This document shows, in pieces, positions 51,896-64,000 of a DNA stretch of 64,000 nt (position 1 is its first letter; the number at the start of each line of letters is the position of its first letter). Source of the DNA: Eledone cirrhosa. Its lineage: Eukaryota. The stretch is from assembly GCA_964016885.1 (NCBI GenBank), contig OZ024740.1:399094001-399158000 (forward strand), written 5' to 3'. Below the pieces are notes generated by a model. The model was not told the DNA's origin. It was given only the letters and a program-made list of their open reading frames with translations, and made no database searches. The translations under genes and the position numbers were made by a program.

Positions 51896-52315
51896 TGTTT
51901 CTACTTTTGGCACAAGGCCAGCAATTACTGGTTATTTTATCGACCCCGTAAGGATGAAAGGCAGAGTTAACTGTGGGTATGGTGTGGCGTGCGGTGGCCG
52001 GAGGAGTGCTCGACCGGAAGGGGTCTTTGGCCGGAAGTATGCTCGACCGGAAGGGCCAGGAGAGGGCCTCTCTCTAGTGGTGACCAGCATACAGTGTGGA
52101 CGCGTTTTGGGCAGTTCCCGGTGTTAAGCAGTCGGACGCACGTGGAAGAGGAGTACCTGCAGTGGAATTTAGCGGCGCCTGTGAAAAGCGGTAAGTGAGA
52201 TAGCTTTTTCTAACTACATTAACCTCGGCGGGATTTGAACTCAGACCATAAAGGGACGTAACTCCATGCTTCAAAGCATGGTGTCCGACTCTCTACCGAT
52301 ACTGCCAATCCACCG
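51896..52315 (-). mobile_element. tRNA-derived SINE interrupted by a solo LTR
   Basis: The SINE halves rejoin at GTTAAC|CTCGGCGG once 51972-52223 is removed. Confidence 0.85.
51972..52218. mobile_element. Solo LTR (247 bp)
   Basis: TGTGG...CTACA ends; perfect 5-bp TSD TTAAC at 51967-51971 and 52219-52223. Confidence 0.85.
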
Positions 52316-52524
52316 TATTAGATTGTTCATAATATTTCATGAAATGTATTACAAATGGTGCCCCAAAAAATCTTCCTTACTTTTGTTTACACCTGACGAA
52401 AGCGAAAGGGAGGTAACTATAATAATAATGAAATTATTGTGTAAAGTGCTCAGGTGCACTACAACTCGTCAATATAGTACATAGAATAATACACAAATGT
52501 CAGGGAAGTACATGTGTGTATGTG

Positions 52525-55300
52525 TTAGCTGTAGTGTTGGCGGATCTCGGGAAGCATGGAGGCCTTAAAGGATGCAGTGTCTCGACAGCTAACAACTGAT
52601 GCAGGTAGTTTGTTCCATGCTTCAGCAACTCTGAGCGTGAAAAAATGTTTCCGAAAGTCATGGGAACTGTGCTGTTTTCTTACTTTGTGGGCATGTCCAC
52701 GTGTGTTAGACACATGGAAATCGAAAAGGCACTCAGGGTTGTTGTTGGCAACATGGTTAACAATTTTGTGGGTGTTTACCAAGTCAGTTGCCAGGCGTCA
52801 GAGCTTCAATGAATCCATGCCCAGGGAAGCAAGGCGCTCAGAGTATGGTAGATGCCTGATGGAGGGTATTCGCTTGGTTGCACGTCTCTGAACAGTTTCC
52901 AGGCGGTCAATGTCCTGAGCAAGATAGGGGTTCCAGACTGGTGATGCAAATTCTAAGTGTGGTCGCACCATAGCTGTATACAGCCTTAAATAGATATCTG
53001 GAGAGCGGCTGACAAAGGTCTTGCTGAGTGATGCTAAGACACCCTCGGCCCTCTTGACAATTTTAGAGACGTGCCACATCCAACGCAAATCGCTGCTGAC
53101 CGTAATGCCCAGGTCACGTTCACAGGAAGACTTCTTGATATTAGTGCTGTGGAGGGAGTATGTGGACGCTGGGTTTTTACTCCCAAAATGCATGGTGGTG
53201 CACTTGTCCACAGCTAGCTTGAGTTGCCAGTCTGAGATCCACTGTTGCATTGTGTCCAGGTCAGACTGCAAGCAAGATCTATAGTGTTCAGGATCTGTCC
53301 TTTTTATCTCAAGGTACAGCTTGATGTCGTCTGCGTACTTTAGTACTGTGGCATTCCTTAAGTTGGCATCTATGTCATTAATATATGCCACAAACAAAAG
53401 GGGGCCAAGAACAGATCCCTGAGGTACACCAGATGACATCTCATATGGTGAGGAATGCTGTCCCAGAACCGTGACTACCTCTCTTCGACTGAGAATGAAG
53501 GACTTCAACTAGTTAAAAAGATCACCCTTCACACCCATTGCAGAGAGTTTTGCCATAAGCCTTTTGTGGCACAGAATTGAAGGCCTTCGCAAAGTCAAGG
53601 TAAACAACATCCACCCATGAGCCGCCATCAGTGATCCGGGTGATGTCCTCAAGAAACTCTATAAGTTGATCACAGCAGCTGGAGTTGGGGATAAATCCAA
53701 ATTGCGAGGGCCGGATAAGACTGTGAGAGCTCCAGAAGTTCCAAAGTGTTTCTCTGTCACAGGATTCCATCAGTTTGGCGATGCAACTAGTAAGACTGAC
53801 TGGACGATAGTTCACAGGTGATGTGCGGTCACCCTTTTTGAACAGAGGAATGACACTGGCAGTTTTCCACTGTTCTGGAGTAGCACTGTTGTTCAGACAG
53901 AATTGGAAGAAGCGTGATAACTGGTGTAGAAGGAAGTACCCACCACGTTTAAGAAGCAGGTACGTAACACCATCAAGACCAGGAGAGGCATGGTTGCGTT
54001 TATTTTTTAGGTGACGTCGCAGCATTGCAGGTGTAAATTCTATGGTTGTAATAGAGGCCGGTGTCATAGGTGGTGGAGATGGTACACTCTGGTCTTCAAT
54101 GGTGAAAATGCCTGCATAGCATTCAGCAATGAGCTCTGCGCATTCCTTGGGGTCGTCAGTAACCTGGCTTGTGTGGGGATTGCGAAGAGGACCAACTGGA
54201 GAGTGAGGCCTCTGCTTTGAGTGAACATACTTCCAGAACACCTTACTGTCAGGGCTGGTTGCTATGCGCTGCTCAAATTGAAGCACTGCCTTTTTTGTCA
54301 CCTGTTTGAGGTGGTTGGACGATCTATTTCGCCTCTTCCTATTAATGTCTGATTTGTGAAGTTTGTACTCACGTTCAGCATTGCGCCATTCTTTTCTGGC
54401 AAGACGGACTGCTGCAGTCTCCCAAATTGCGCTTTTAGGATGTTTTTTGCGCTTACGTGGCACCGCTGCTGCACATGCTGTCCATATTGAGCTCAGGATG
54501 TTCTGGAGTACAGTGTTGACATCTCCAGAGTCATAGAACTCAAGCCAATTTGGCCGTTGCAACTCGGTGCAGTAACAGTTCCAGTCTGCTTTATTCCAGT
54601 CAAAGTGAGCAGTTTGGAGATGGTTGTGGTTCTTGTTACTGCCCATGAGGGATAGATTGGCAATGATCATAGCATGATCAGAGTCACCTAAAGGTTCCTC
54701 AGCAGTAACACTAATGACCGTTTCAGGAGTAGTGGTGAAGAGTAGGTCCAAAGTGTTGTCACCTCTCGTTGGGGAGGTGACCACCTGGGACCAACTCGAG
54801 TCCAGCACCAGCTCAAGGAAGTCATTTGCACTTGGCGGCCAACGAAAGGTCTCCCAGTCAATCTCAGGGTGATTGAAGTCACCTGCAATGAAAACATAAG
54901 TGGCTGTCTTCCTGGCAGCAGCTCTGAGGATATCACAAAGTTGAGTGTCCTGATGGTAATTTGGGGGACGGTAAACGACTCCAAGTAGCAGTGTTGACAT
55001 GGTCATACGTATATCGCAGAAAAAAACTTCCTGCTGTGATTGGTTCAAATCAGCACAAGGAATTGCCGACAGATTTGACCGAACGTAGACCATTACACCA
55101 CCACCACGACGATTAATACGGTTTTTACGAAACAGGTTGTAGCCAGTCATGCTGAAAACCCCATCACAGAGTAAGGGATGTGCCCAAGTTTCCGTGACTG
55201 TAATGAAGTCCGGGTTGATACTTTTGACGTAGGAGTCAAAAAGATGAATCTTATTGCATAGACTACGTGCATTCAAGGACAACAATTTGTACTTTGATTC
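52525..55300 (-). pseudogene. CR1 ORF2: APE endonuclease + reverse transcriptase, two frameshifts
   Basis: NARSL, TETW, GGGV, YRPP, GDFN, LDL, SDH; NYRPVSLTS, YLDFAKAF, SGVPQGSVLGPLLF, YADD. Frame breaks near 53560 and 52800. Confidence 0.93.
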
Positions 55301-55341
55301 CAGTCTATGATTATGTGCAGGGGATGGCAGGTTGTTCTGAT

Positions 55342-56529
55342 TTAGTTTCCCAGAGTTTTTTCAGTTTCTTTATTGTCAGTTGTTGTGGGTACAGTGTTTT
55401 CAGACCAGCTGGTGTCTCTTTTCCATGATTCGCCAGCCTTAACAAACTTCCATATCTGCCCATCATCTCGTAGGCTGAAGCTTTCATGTTCTGCCGAGCT
55501 GCGGTTTAGGGAAGCTGCAGCACGCAACTTTGGGCGGACATCAGGTGGAAGACCAGGACGTGTTCGGAAAGCAATCCGACTTTCACGCCTAGCTTTATCA
55601 GAGGCTACAAGGTATGAACGTGCCTCAGTTGAGTTTGAAAACGACAGTCTAATTAACCTGGGTTTCGGGCCTGGTCGGCCAAGGCGTAGAGCACCCTTTG
55701 CGGGAGCACAGCCCAGGTCTTTGGATGAACTGGCAGCAAATGCCTGAAGATCAACTATGTCTTCCGGCACACCAATGGCAATCACTTCGTGGTTTGCAGA
55801 TTCAGTGGCATTCTCAATGCGTCTAGGTTCAACATGAGGTACGCGGAGATTTTTTAACAAGGCACTCCGGTAAGATCCCTCATTGTGGGGTTCTACACGA
55901 GCGCTTGATTTTATTTCCGCTATTTCATGACTTGAAGCGAAAATCATTTGCCGTATTTCCTCAAACTCCGTATTGACGGTCGGTTTTTGTTGTTGTTCTT
56001 CTCCTTCAACAGGCATGGTAGAAGACACAGTCGTCGGTTGTTGTTGTTGATGAAGTCCTTCAACGGGGGTAGTAGCAGAAGCTACGGTCGTTGGTTTTTG
56101 CTGTTGTTCAGCGACAATGGTAGAGGAAGACACGATCCTCGGTTTTTGTTGTTGTTCAGGAACAATGGTAGAAGACACGATCTTCGGTCTTTGTTGTTGT
56201 TCCGCAGCAATGGGAGAAGCAGGCATACAGTCCAGGCACTGAAAGGACCAGTTTGTTAGCTGGACCATCTCCCAGAGTCTATCCATCGTAGCAATATGAT
56301 GTTTCTTATTTTGGCCTGGGATCTTCCGGAAGCCTGTGGCGCATTGAAGGCAGACAGAGATGCGACAGGTTCCACATTCGACCCAACTATTACGGAACGA
56401 GTTTTCCGGTTCCGTACAGATATGGCAGGTGTGATCTTCCGGGCAATGTTCTATTTTTGGACATCGACCAGTTTTGTCGCAAATTTCATCGATGGATATC
56501 ACCATGGCAATTTTGTTATTTCTACCCAT
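55342..56529 (-). CDS. CR1 ORF1 with N-terminal PHD-like finger
   Basis: Intact ORF, likely start MGRNNK at 56529. C-x2-C...C-x2-C...C-x2-C...C-x2-C finger, repeated EQQQKP linker, and IGVPE / LRLGR...PRLIRLSF motifs typical of CR1/L2 ORF1. Confidence 0.85.
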   Translation of the reverse strand: MGRNNKIAMVISIDEICDKTGRCPKIEHCPEDHTCHICTEPENSFRNSWVECGTCRISVCLQCATGFRKIPGQNKKHHIATMDRLWEMVQLTNWSFQCLDCMPASPIAAEQQQRPKIVSSTIVPEQQQKPRIVSSSTIVAEQQQKPTTVASATTPVEGLHQQQQPTTVSSTMPVEGEEQQQKPTVNTEFEEIRQMIFASSHEIAEIKSSARVEPHNEGSYRSALLKNLRVPHVEPRRIENATESANHEVIAIGVPEDIVDLQAFAASSSKDLGCAPAKGALRLGRPGPKPRLIRLSFSNSTEARSYLVASDKARRESRIAFRTRPGLPPDVRPKLRAAASLNRSSAEHESFSLRDDGQIWKFVKAGESWKRDTSWSENTVPTTTDNKETEKTLGN

Positions 56530-58204
56530 CCGTAGAAAAACACAGAATGTAAACAATATAGGTTTAGCGCACTTGATTACGATAGAAATAAAATGTCTGT
56601 TTTTTGTGTATTTTGTTTCCGTGTTCCTAAATGTTGTGTGTGTGTAGAAGAGTCTGTGCATGTAAACAAATAAATATGCTGCGTAAGTTAAATGAAACGT
56701 ACTGTAGAAGGCAGTTGTTTATTAACAGCGAAATAACGTTTTTTTGTTTTTTTCCCCCCTGATACTGCTTCTTTATAATAAACTTTCAATAATATTTTTT
56801 TTTCAAATTATTAACTTTCAGCTGCTAGTATATATATATAATTAAAAGGTGTATGTGGGTTAGAAGCGAGGTCAATGTTAAGAAATATTTTACCAATGTA
56901 AATTGGTAAAATTGGCCGGTATAGTGTCTCACACGCAATAGTGTGGTTTCTTTTCACGTGTATGTATATGCATATGGTATGTATCTGTATATAAATCTGC
57001 GTTATATTGTTGTTTATATGTTTTGTGGAGTACTTACTGCGATCCTTAAGGGATGTAGTGATTTTTTTTTTTTTTTTTCCTTTTTTCCCCGTCCATGTCC
57101 ACACGTGGTTCGTTGGCGAAAATCAAGTCAAATTATATATACTTCGTTAAGATAATTTTATCTTGAAACTGGTACTAGTTGTCAGGGAACAGTGAAAGTA
57201 ATTGTAATAATGAATATTGTAATCCATCTGACATGTGTTTAAAGGGCAGTTTTTGGTGAAAATATTATATTTTGTTTGGTCAAGACGTGGTCAAGCGACC
57301 TTCCTTGTCGCCATTTTGGCCGATTATTAACTACGAAGACAAAGTTATCAATGTTTTCCGTAAGATAACTTGAATATTTACTGAATTTACTTAATAATAT
57401 ATAAGACGGCATGAACGATCAATAATAATATTTTGATTAAAAAATAAATATTTCCTCTTATTTCATCATATATAAACACAAGACAGGGAAACATTGACAA
57501 GAAAAGTCATATTATAAAGTCAACCACAACATGAGTTAAAAATGATACATCTTTACATTTCACACAAAATATATAAATATTTATAAATACATCAATGTAT
57601 AAAGTAAGTTCAATTATAATTGTTATAAAATAGATAAACTACAATTTTCTATGAAAGAGGACAATTTGAAAAGATAAGGCGTAATTATCATTCTGTGTTG
57701 ATTTGCCACGAACTTTTGAACAAAACATGCGCTATCATGTGTTCATTTCACTGACACTACTACTACGTAGTAATTATCCCGCCGTAATGAAACTTCAGTC
57801 AAACAAACTTTTTAGCGAACCAGTTAGGACAATGGTTGACTGCAGAAAGTTGCGCGCTTCCAACGAAGTTTGTTATTCCGAAAGGAATTTTCAGGTAACC
57901 AATTTATGGATCTTCGTTTTTTTTTCTTTTCTTTTCTTTCTTTCTTTTTTTGTTGTTGTTGTAAACATTAAGCATCTTTAATAGATTTTTAAAAATTAGA
58001 GTATGTAGATGTTGTCCAGTGTTTAGTGTAGAATAAATAAGTTTGAAAGAACTGAAACTAAAACAACAAAAAATAAACACTACATTCGGTAAACTTTCAA
58101 AACTGTAGTTGGCTGAAATAATCTGAAATATACGTTTATTTTTTATTAACTCCAATATATTTATATACTTAATGTTGTTTATATATATATGTATGTATAT
58201 AAAA

Positions 58205-58420
58205 AAGTTGAAGTTTCGACCCCGGAGGCTCATCAAGCGGGTGCTTATCCCGGTTTCCGTGGCATAAAGCGACTGAGAGTACAAGACTTCCCCCTGGACA
58301 GGACGCTAGTCCATCGCAAGGTTAACCCTCTCCCAGCTATTGCTGGCATTCATTTTCAGCTGAGTATACTGGAACAACGTGAAGTGAAGTGTTTTACTCA
58401 AGAACACAGCACACAACCTA
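58205..58420 (-). mobile_element. SINE fragment (CORE/V-like domain)
   Basis: Minus strand: GTGTTCTTGAGTAAAACACTTCACT...CTTGCGATGGACTAGCGTCCTGTCCAGGGG. Confidence 0.55.
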
Positions 58421-58789
58421 CCCAATAATGTTAATTGTTAATCTACCTTTTGTTTTTCGATCCCTAATTAGGGATTTTGCTTTCTAGAGTGCAACATCTA
58501 TCCTAGCATTTGTGCAGCCCCGCTCAACTTGCTCAAGCAGGGTTGACTTGGATGCTATTTCAACAAGGCACCCTTATTGTCTCGCATATATAGGGAACTA
58601 GTCGTACAATGTGCTGAAGTACTACTTCAGATACTCTACTGTGCAATGTCAGAAGCAATATTATGTATGGCAGTAAATAAAGATGTAAGCAAGATGAAAA
58701 AGGTAAATATAGCGCCGTCTAGACAGGCGGGGGACACTTTCAGCATGTCACTATTTATTTTGTGTGACACTCGAATGAGTATCCTCCAA

Positions 58790-60480
58790 CTAACTTACCC
58801 TCTACCTCTTGGTCCCGGCCAAGAATATGGAGAACACATTGCTTCAGAGGAAGGCGAGGGCGATGCGCTGGAAAAACCATTACACCTTGCAGGGCTTACA
58901 CCTGTGGCCAACTAACTCCACTCCTAGAGCAGTGAGCAGGTATGTGGTCTGGGGGCCAAGAACACCAGAAGTCACCCTTGCTACAGACTCTACCACAAAC
59001 TTACCAGAGAGCAGCCGATACTTGGACAGTTTGCCCTCTTTGGCAGCAGACCCTTGGCTGTTAGTTGAACACACTAAGTTGCCACAAGAGAAGGTGTCTC
59101 AGCATGTAGCATCCCAGATGAGGGCCTACCCCCACAGAATGGGAAGATTATCATACCGTCCCCTCGGTCCAGTCTTGCTTGCTCAAGGTGGGAAGGGAAG
59201 CCTGCGCTGTTTAGGCCATGCTTTAAGATCTTGTTGAGAGCAGCATGGTTGAGAGGTGGCCAACACTATTAGCATGATAGTGGGTGGAGACCGAAAAGAT
59301 CCAAAGTGGTACTGCAGTGGCGTTTTTGAGGCTCACAAATGTGGGGGCCAAACCTCAGGGATACACTGATGTGCAAGCAGTCGCTATCCAGCTGTGTCCT
59401 AGTTGCAAATGAAGGAATTGCATTGAGCCAGGCACCACTGTGAGGTTGGGAGGCCGAACGGAAACATGCCTGATGGTACTGGCTGAGCTGGCGCACCAGC
59501 CCATCTGAAATCATGTTGCAAAGGATGGCATGCCATTTGTTTTGAGGGGGACTGGGCATTCGCGGAGGGGAGAGGGTGATGGATGTTCACAAAACAGAAG
59601 TTGAGGTGGTTCCATGTTGTGTAGGACACCTCACATTCCCCGATCACAGTAGGTTCAGTTGTGTTGTGGAGAACCCTGTTGATGAAGCCATGGCAAGAGG
59701 TCCTGCCTATCATTGCATCATCCATGTACCAGATGTTGAGAAGAGCTGTAATGCTCCGAGAACGCTGTCCACCCCAAGAGCGAAGAAGAGGGGATCCAAT
59801 GGATCACCCTTTTGGACACCAGTTGAGGATGGTATGATCTTATCTGCAGTGAGGAGCATGCTAGGAGACCTATATGACAGATAGGCCAGTTGGTCGGTGG
59901 ATGGGGTATGGCTGAGGCAAGGCTCAAGCATGGGGTCGTGGTGCAGACAATTAAAGGTGTTTGTAATATCAAGCTTGACGATGAGATGCCTGGAATCACT
60001 CGGCACTAGCTTGGGAGAACAGTTGTTGATGAACTGTCTAGTCGTATGGGTAGCCCCCTTGCACCCACCGACCTCCAGTTGCACTGGGCTAAGTTCCTTT
60101 CCTAGTTCAGGTGCAACAGACTTGCAGATGATCTTGGTTGTAAGCCTCCAGAAGACATTTCCTACCACAAGGGAGGCATATTCCACCACCTTTCTCCCTG
60201 AGAGTGGTGAGGCGGGCTGAAAAGAAGAGGCCTTGGGAATAAGGGTGCTGTGAATGAACTTGTTGGTGAGCAAGACAATGGCGCTCAATAAGCAGCGCCT
60301 GGCTTTGGAAGTGAGGGGTGGGGGACACCAGGTCTTTCAGGTGACTGGGTTGAAAGCCATTTGCACATCGGCTGCTGCTGGCAAGGAAAGACCACAGAGC
60401 AGAGATGATGTCCAGTCTGCTGGTTCAGAAGAGCTGAGGCCATTGAAGTAGCAATAGGAGAGAGTAGATACCACATACTT
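58790..60480 (-). mobile_element. Degenerate CRE-like non-LTR retrotransposon (RT + REL)
   Basis: VGNVFWRL, KLDITNTFN, GVQKGDPLDPLFF, WYMDD, SGAWLNAIP, GLHPLSC, KLSKY, TSGVLGP. Confidence 0.88.
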
Positions 60481-62276
60481 ATTGTAGCATGTTGGTCAGT
60501 GTCTTTGCCAATTAGCTGGATGGTCTATTTTGGGGTACAGTCTTTGATGTTTGTGTATAACAGCAGCAGCACTGTATCAAATATGTGTGGGGTACTCTAA
60601 TATGTGTAATACTTAATCTTTGTAGTGGGTCAATTGTTGATCACATCTGAAATATTTTTTGATCCTGAAAGAGAGTCCTAGTTTTTTGGATGCAGTTTTA
60701 TAGCAAGTACATTCATTTCATGCATGAACTTATTTCAGTTACTCTGAACCATAACCTTTTAGCATTTACATTACTCTATATTTACTATTATATTTTCATG
60801 ATAAAGGCTTTACCATAATTATCTCACATGATATCAAATCTATGAGATTTTGGTATTATTTATTTTGAGAACAATATCTTAACATCAGAATGAGCAGCTG
60901 GTTTGAACAGAAAGAGGTGAGAGAATTCTGTCTGGATACGGCTGGTTTAAATGCTAAAGGATTAACCATACTCAGTTACTTCATCTCCAAAACTAATATA
61001 TCACCTAATAATTGTTTCTACTTTTGGCACAAGGCCAATAATTATCCCTGGTACTTTATTTTATCGATCCCGTAAAGGGCCGTAACTCGTTGCTGCAAAG
61101 CATGGCGTCCGATACTGCCAATCCACTGCCCTAGTATCACCTAATAATAACACATCTTCTGTTTGAACCAATGAAAGAGTATCTCTGTGGTTGCTTGACC
61201 TGCTAGAAATAGAAACTAAATTTCCTCAAATTGTACCATACTATCTTAAATGTGAAAAGCCACTTGGGATAATGTAGTCCTAGATATACAGAGTTTGAAT
61301 AAAAGACAGGATGGTCAGGTCATGACTGGAATGCTTATGATCATAAGTTTGCTTAAAGAAACTTTAATTAATATTCCACCCATTTTAATTAAAAAATAGA
61401 ATATGGGCAATTTAGTAAGAAATGAGATCAGATTTTGGCAGTACTGTGATAACTCTGGAAATGTTTTAGTCTTATTAGATCTCTTCAGTGAAGTATAATC
61501 CTGCCAGACAATGATGACTTAAGAGCTATATAGATTTAGTTTTTGAGCAGAGTGTATTCTTGGGTATTTTTCTATAGTTCTTTAAAGCTGAGTTACTTGT
61601 TAAAAGCCATGACTACACAGTCACCCTGCTGCCTATCTAATAGTATTTATCTACGTATGGACCTGTAACTCCCAATGGAGTTGTAGGGGTGTTGTCATTA
61701 CATACGGCATGTCTTGGGCACTTTTAAATCTAGTGGAGCCCATCACCTCTTTAGGTCTGAACGCTGCTACTTTCTTCCAGAGAGAGAGAATTAACCCCAG
61801 ACTGGGCTGGTACTTTTTTAATGACCTCAAAAGAATGACGGGCAAAGCTGATGTCAGAAGATTTTGAACTCAGAGTGCAGAAATAAATACCACAAACCAC
61901 TCTATCTTTTGCAAATCTGATAAAGTGTCAATTTGTTTTAATTTTTATTCTTCTTTTCTTAGCCATTTATAAGTAAATTTGACTGCTGTTTTAACAGGTC
62001 AAACAACCATGTAGAGGGTTTTCTCACTGACTAGAGTGACTAGAGTATATTTTTGTGATAATTTTTTTTCAAATTTTGTTGTAGAGGGAAAGTAAGATAG
62101 ATTAATATCTGAAAATGAGCTAGCTTATTGATATAAAATGTAAGGTATGTTGTCAACTTAATTAATGTAAATAATTTTCATGCTATAATAATATTGTGAA
62201 TTCTTTTCACCTTCCTGCCTACTAATACTTTGCAAATTGCTTCTATTGTTGTTATTTTAGTTAAAATTGCAGTAAA

Positions 62277-64000
62277 CTAGCAGAAGAACCACCCCACGGG
62301 TGGTTTTCTGCTAGCATATATAGTGTACATATTTATATATGCACATAGATATGCACATAGATATGATACATAAATTGACAATATGTATATAAACTGAACA
62401 AAGACTGTGTTACACTTACTTCTGTAATCAGTAAAGTAATCCATGATACATTTAAAAAAAAGCGATAACGGAGATGGAAAAGCGATGAAACCGTTGACGG
62501 AAAATGTTCCTGAATCTTCACTTGAGAATGTCGATGGGAAGCTTCAAGCAGTGAATTTGAAAATAGATGCTGCTGGTATGAATGAATGAATTACATTTAA
62601 CAATATGAATAGTTAACCTTCGCTATATTGTTGTTTTACTGTATTCACATATAGACTTCTTAAGTTTTTGTAGTGTCCCTTTTCTAGCAGTTAAAAAGAA
62701 ACTGAAATGCATTTCAACTAAAAGAGAGTGATAGCTGTTTCACATCACTGTAGAATTTCTTTGTCGACACAGTTGTCAGCAAACAGACCCCTTTCATTTA
62801 ATATTTTTATATTTTCTTTTTTTGTAACTCGTAATAATGCAACATACATTTGACCATGTGAAAAGAATTGTGTTGGTAGATATACACCTATCTTTTCAAA
62901 TATCTGCTCTTGTACCTTGTTGCATGTAAGGGCAAAGGCTGGTTTGACAGGAAATTGCTTGCGAATAAAGATGAAAAGGAACTCAAGCTCTTGAGATACA
63001 TGTGGTATCCTTGGGATTAGCAACCTTGTTCCAGCATTGGGACCCAATGCCACTTCAGCTTCAATTACATGATTATGTAAACTCATGATGATGTAACGTG
63101 TACCATTGCAATGCCCGTTTAGAGGATCCAGATTTCTCAGAAGCATGATGCACCTGCCTTTCTTCAGTTTAAGTATGTGTGTTGGGAAGCCTGATGGGGT
63201 AAGTTTGTTGATGAACTCAATTGGATATTGCAGTTCATTATCTACTGTATCAGAGCTTCTGCAGACTATTTCATGACCAGGGAACTTGTTGACCATGAAC
63301 TGATTCACCAATTTTGCTGCATCATTTGTTGGAGTGATAATGGCTCTATTTGCCAGCCATAGTGGGTTTGTGTAGTTTCCTGGAAGATTTGTATACACAA
63401 AATCACACAGTCCAGACACATTACCATATTCCAGACAAAGTTCATTTGGCAGAAGAATTGTGAATGCACCTACAGTTGGAATGTTACCATTTCCCACATC
63501 AAGAAGGTAGTTTGCAAACTGTCTTTCATCAGAATCCTCTGTATTAATTAGCCGTTGATTGGTTGTCATCTCCATGGTTTCCACATAGTCCCAGAGATAG
63601 GATCTCTTGATGGTTGCCTCAACTATTTGTGGTCTAGCACCATGGCATACAACTGGAAGAATTTGCTTCCAGTCACCAGATAGTAATACTGTTAGACCAC
63701 CAAATGGCTTTTTGCAATCTCGAACATCTTTGAAGCTCCTGTCAAGGCATTCAAAGATATGCTTATGTCCCATACCTATCTCATCAATGATTAGCAGGTC
63801 AGCTTGCTGCATAAGTTTACCTGTGTCATCCCTCTTTGTGAAGAAGCAAGTTGATTCAGCAGTCACATTGAGAGGAATCTTGCACTTGGAATGAAGAGTT
63901 CTATCTTTGTGAAGCAAAATGGCTGCTATTCCAGATATGGCAGTGGCAAGTGCAATTTATTTTTTAGATCAGAGGTAATCCAATAGGGTGTTTAGGACAT
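62277..64000 (-). mobile_element. Autonomous-type Helitron, 3' part
   Basis: Pif1 helicase ORF followed by 3' hairpin ACCACCC-GTG-GGGTGGT and CTAG|T at 62277. Confidence 0.9.
62745..63950 (-). CDS. Helitron RepHel Pif1-family helicase domain (probably decayed)
   Basis: ATAISGIAA, RTLHS, LIIDE, PFGG..VLLSGDWKQILPV, MLLRNL...GHCNGTR, QFPVKPAFALTCNK, FSHGQMYVAL. The frame appears broken near 63955. Confidence 0.9.
   Translation of the reverse strand, partial: LATAISGIAAILLHKDRTLHSKCKIPLNVTAESTCFFTKRDDTGKLMQQADLLIIDEIGMGHKHIFECLDRSFKDVRDCKKPFGGLTVLLSGDWKQILPVVCHGARPQIVEATIKRSYLWDYVETMEMTTNQRLINTEDSDERQFANYLLDVGNGNIPTVGAFTILLPNELCLEYGNVSGLCDFVYTNLPGNYTNPLWLANRAIITPTNDAAKLVNQFMVNKFPGHEIVCRSSDTVDNELQYPIEFINKLTPSGFPTHILKLKKGRCIMLLRNLDPLNGHCNGTRYIIMSLHNHVIEAEVALGPNAGTRLLIPRIPHVSQELEFLFIFIRKQFPVKPAFALTCNKVQEQIFEKIGVYLPTQFFSHGQMYVALLRVTKKENIKILNERGLFADNCVDKEILQ

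Larger units (their letters stand above)
52417..56690 (-). mobile_element. Near full-length CR1-clade LINE
   Basis: ORF1 plus ORF2 (APE + RT), CR1-type C-terminus FFTLRVAEAWNKLP, short 3' UTR, (ATT)n tail. 5' end approximate. Confidence 0.93.

Noticed and set aside
56811-57104. Lys-rich ORF as a coding exon
   Set aside because: The frame depends on a 17-nt homopolymer; as given, the ATG frame stops before the donor site.
62745-63917. Host PIF1 helicase gene
   Set aside because: Intronless, degenerate motifs, followed by a Helitron hairpin and CTAG terminus.

Overview
AT-rich, intron- and repeat-dominated animal genomic DNA. The SINE, RTE and Helitron families and the (TA)n load suggest a cephalopod (octopus-like) genome; this is inference. 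The only host gene I can support is three coding exons of a universal stress protein (USP-family) gene on + (6328-11895). The rest is transposable elements: RTE LINEs (one family has a PHD-type finger inside the RT), a near-full-length CR1-type LINE, CRE-like REL-endonuclease elements, two convergent Penelope-like elements, Helitrons, MITEs, many tRNA-derived SINEs and three non-autonomous tRNA-Trp-primed LTR elements. Three observations stand out. (1) An LTR element at 36874-38961 has two inverted terminal LTRs yet one 4-bp target-site duplication. (2) Inside it lies a 32-nt copy of the primer tRNA-Trp 3' end with a substitution exactly at m1A58, followed by a duplicated U5 end and PBS. (3) Several sequence-unrelated hammerhead-ribozyme folds, some with variant cores or very long stem II, sit in Penelope termini and small foldback elements next to (TA)n tracts. 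All calls are by eye; no searches or folding programs were run.
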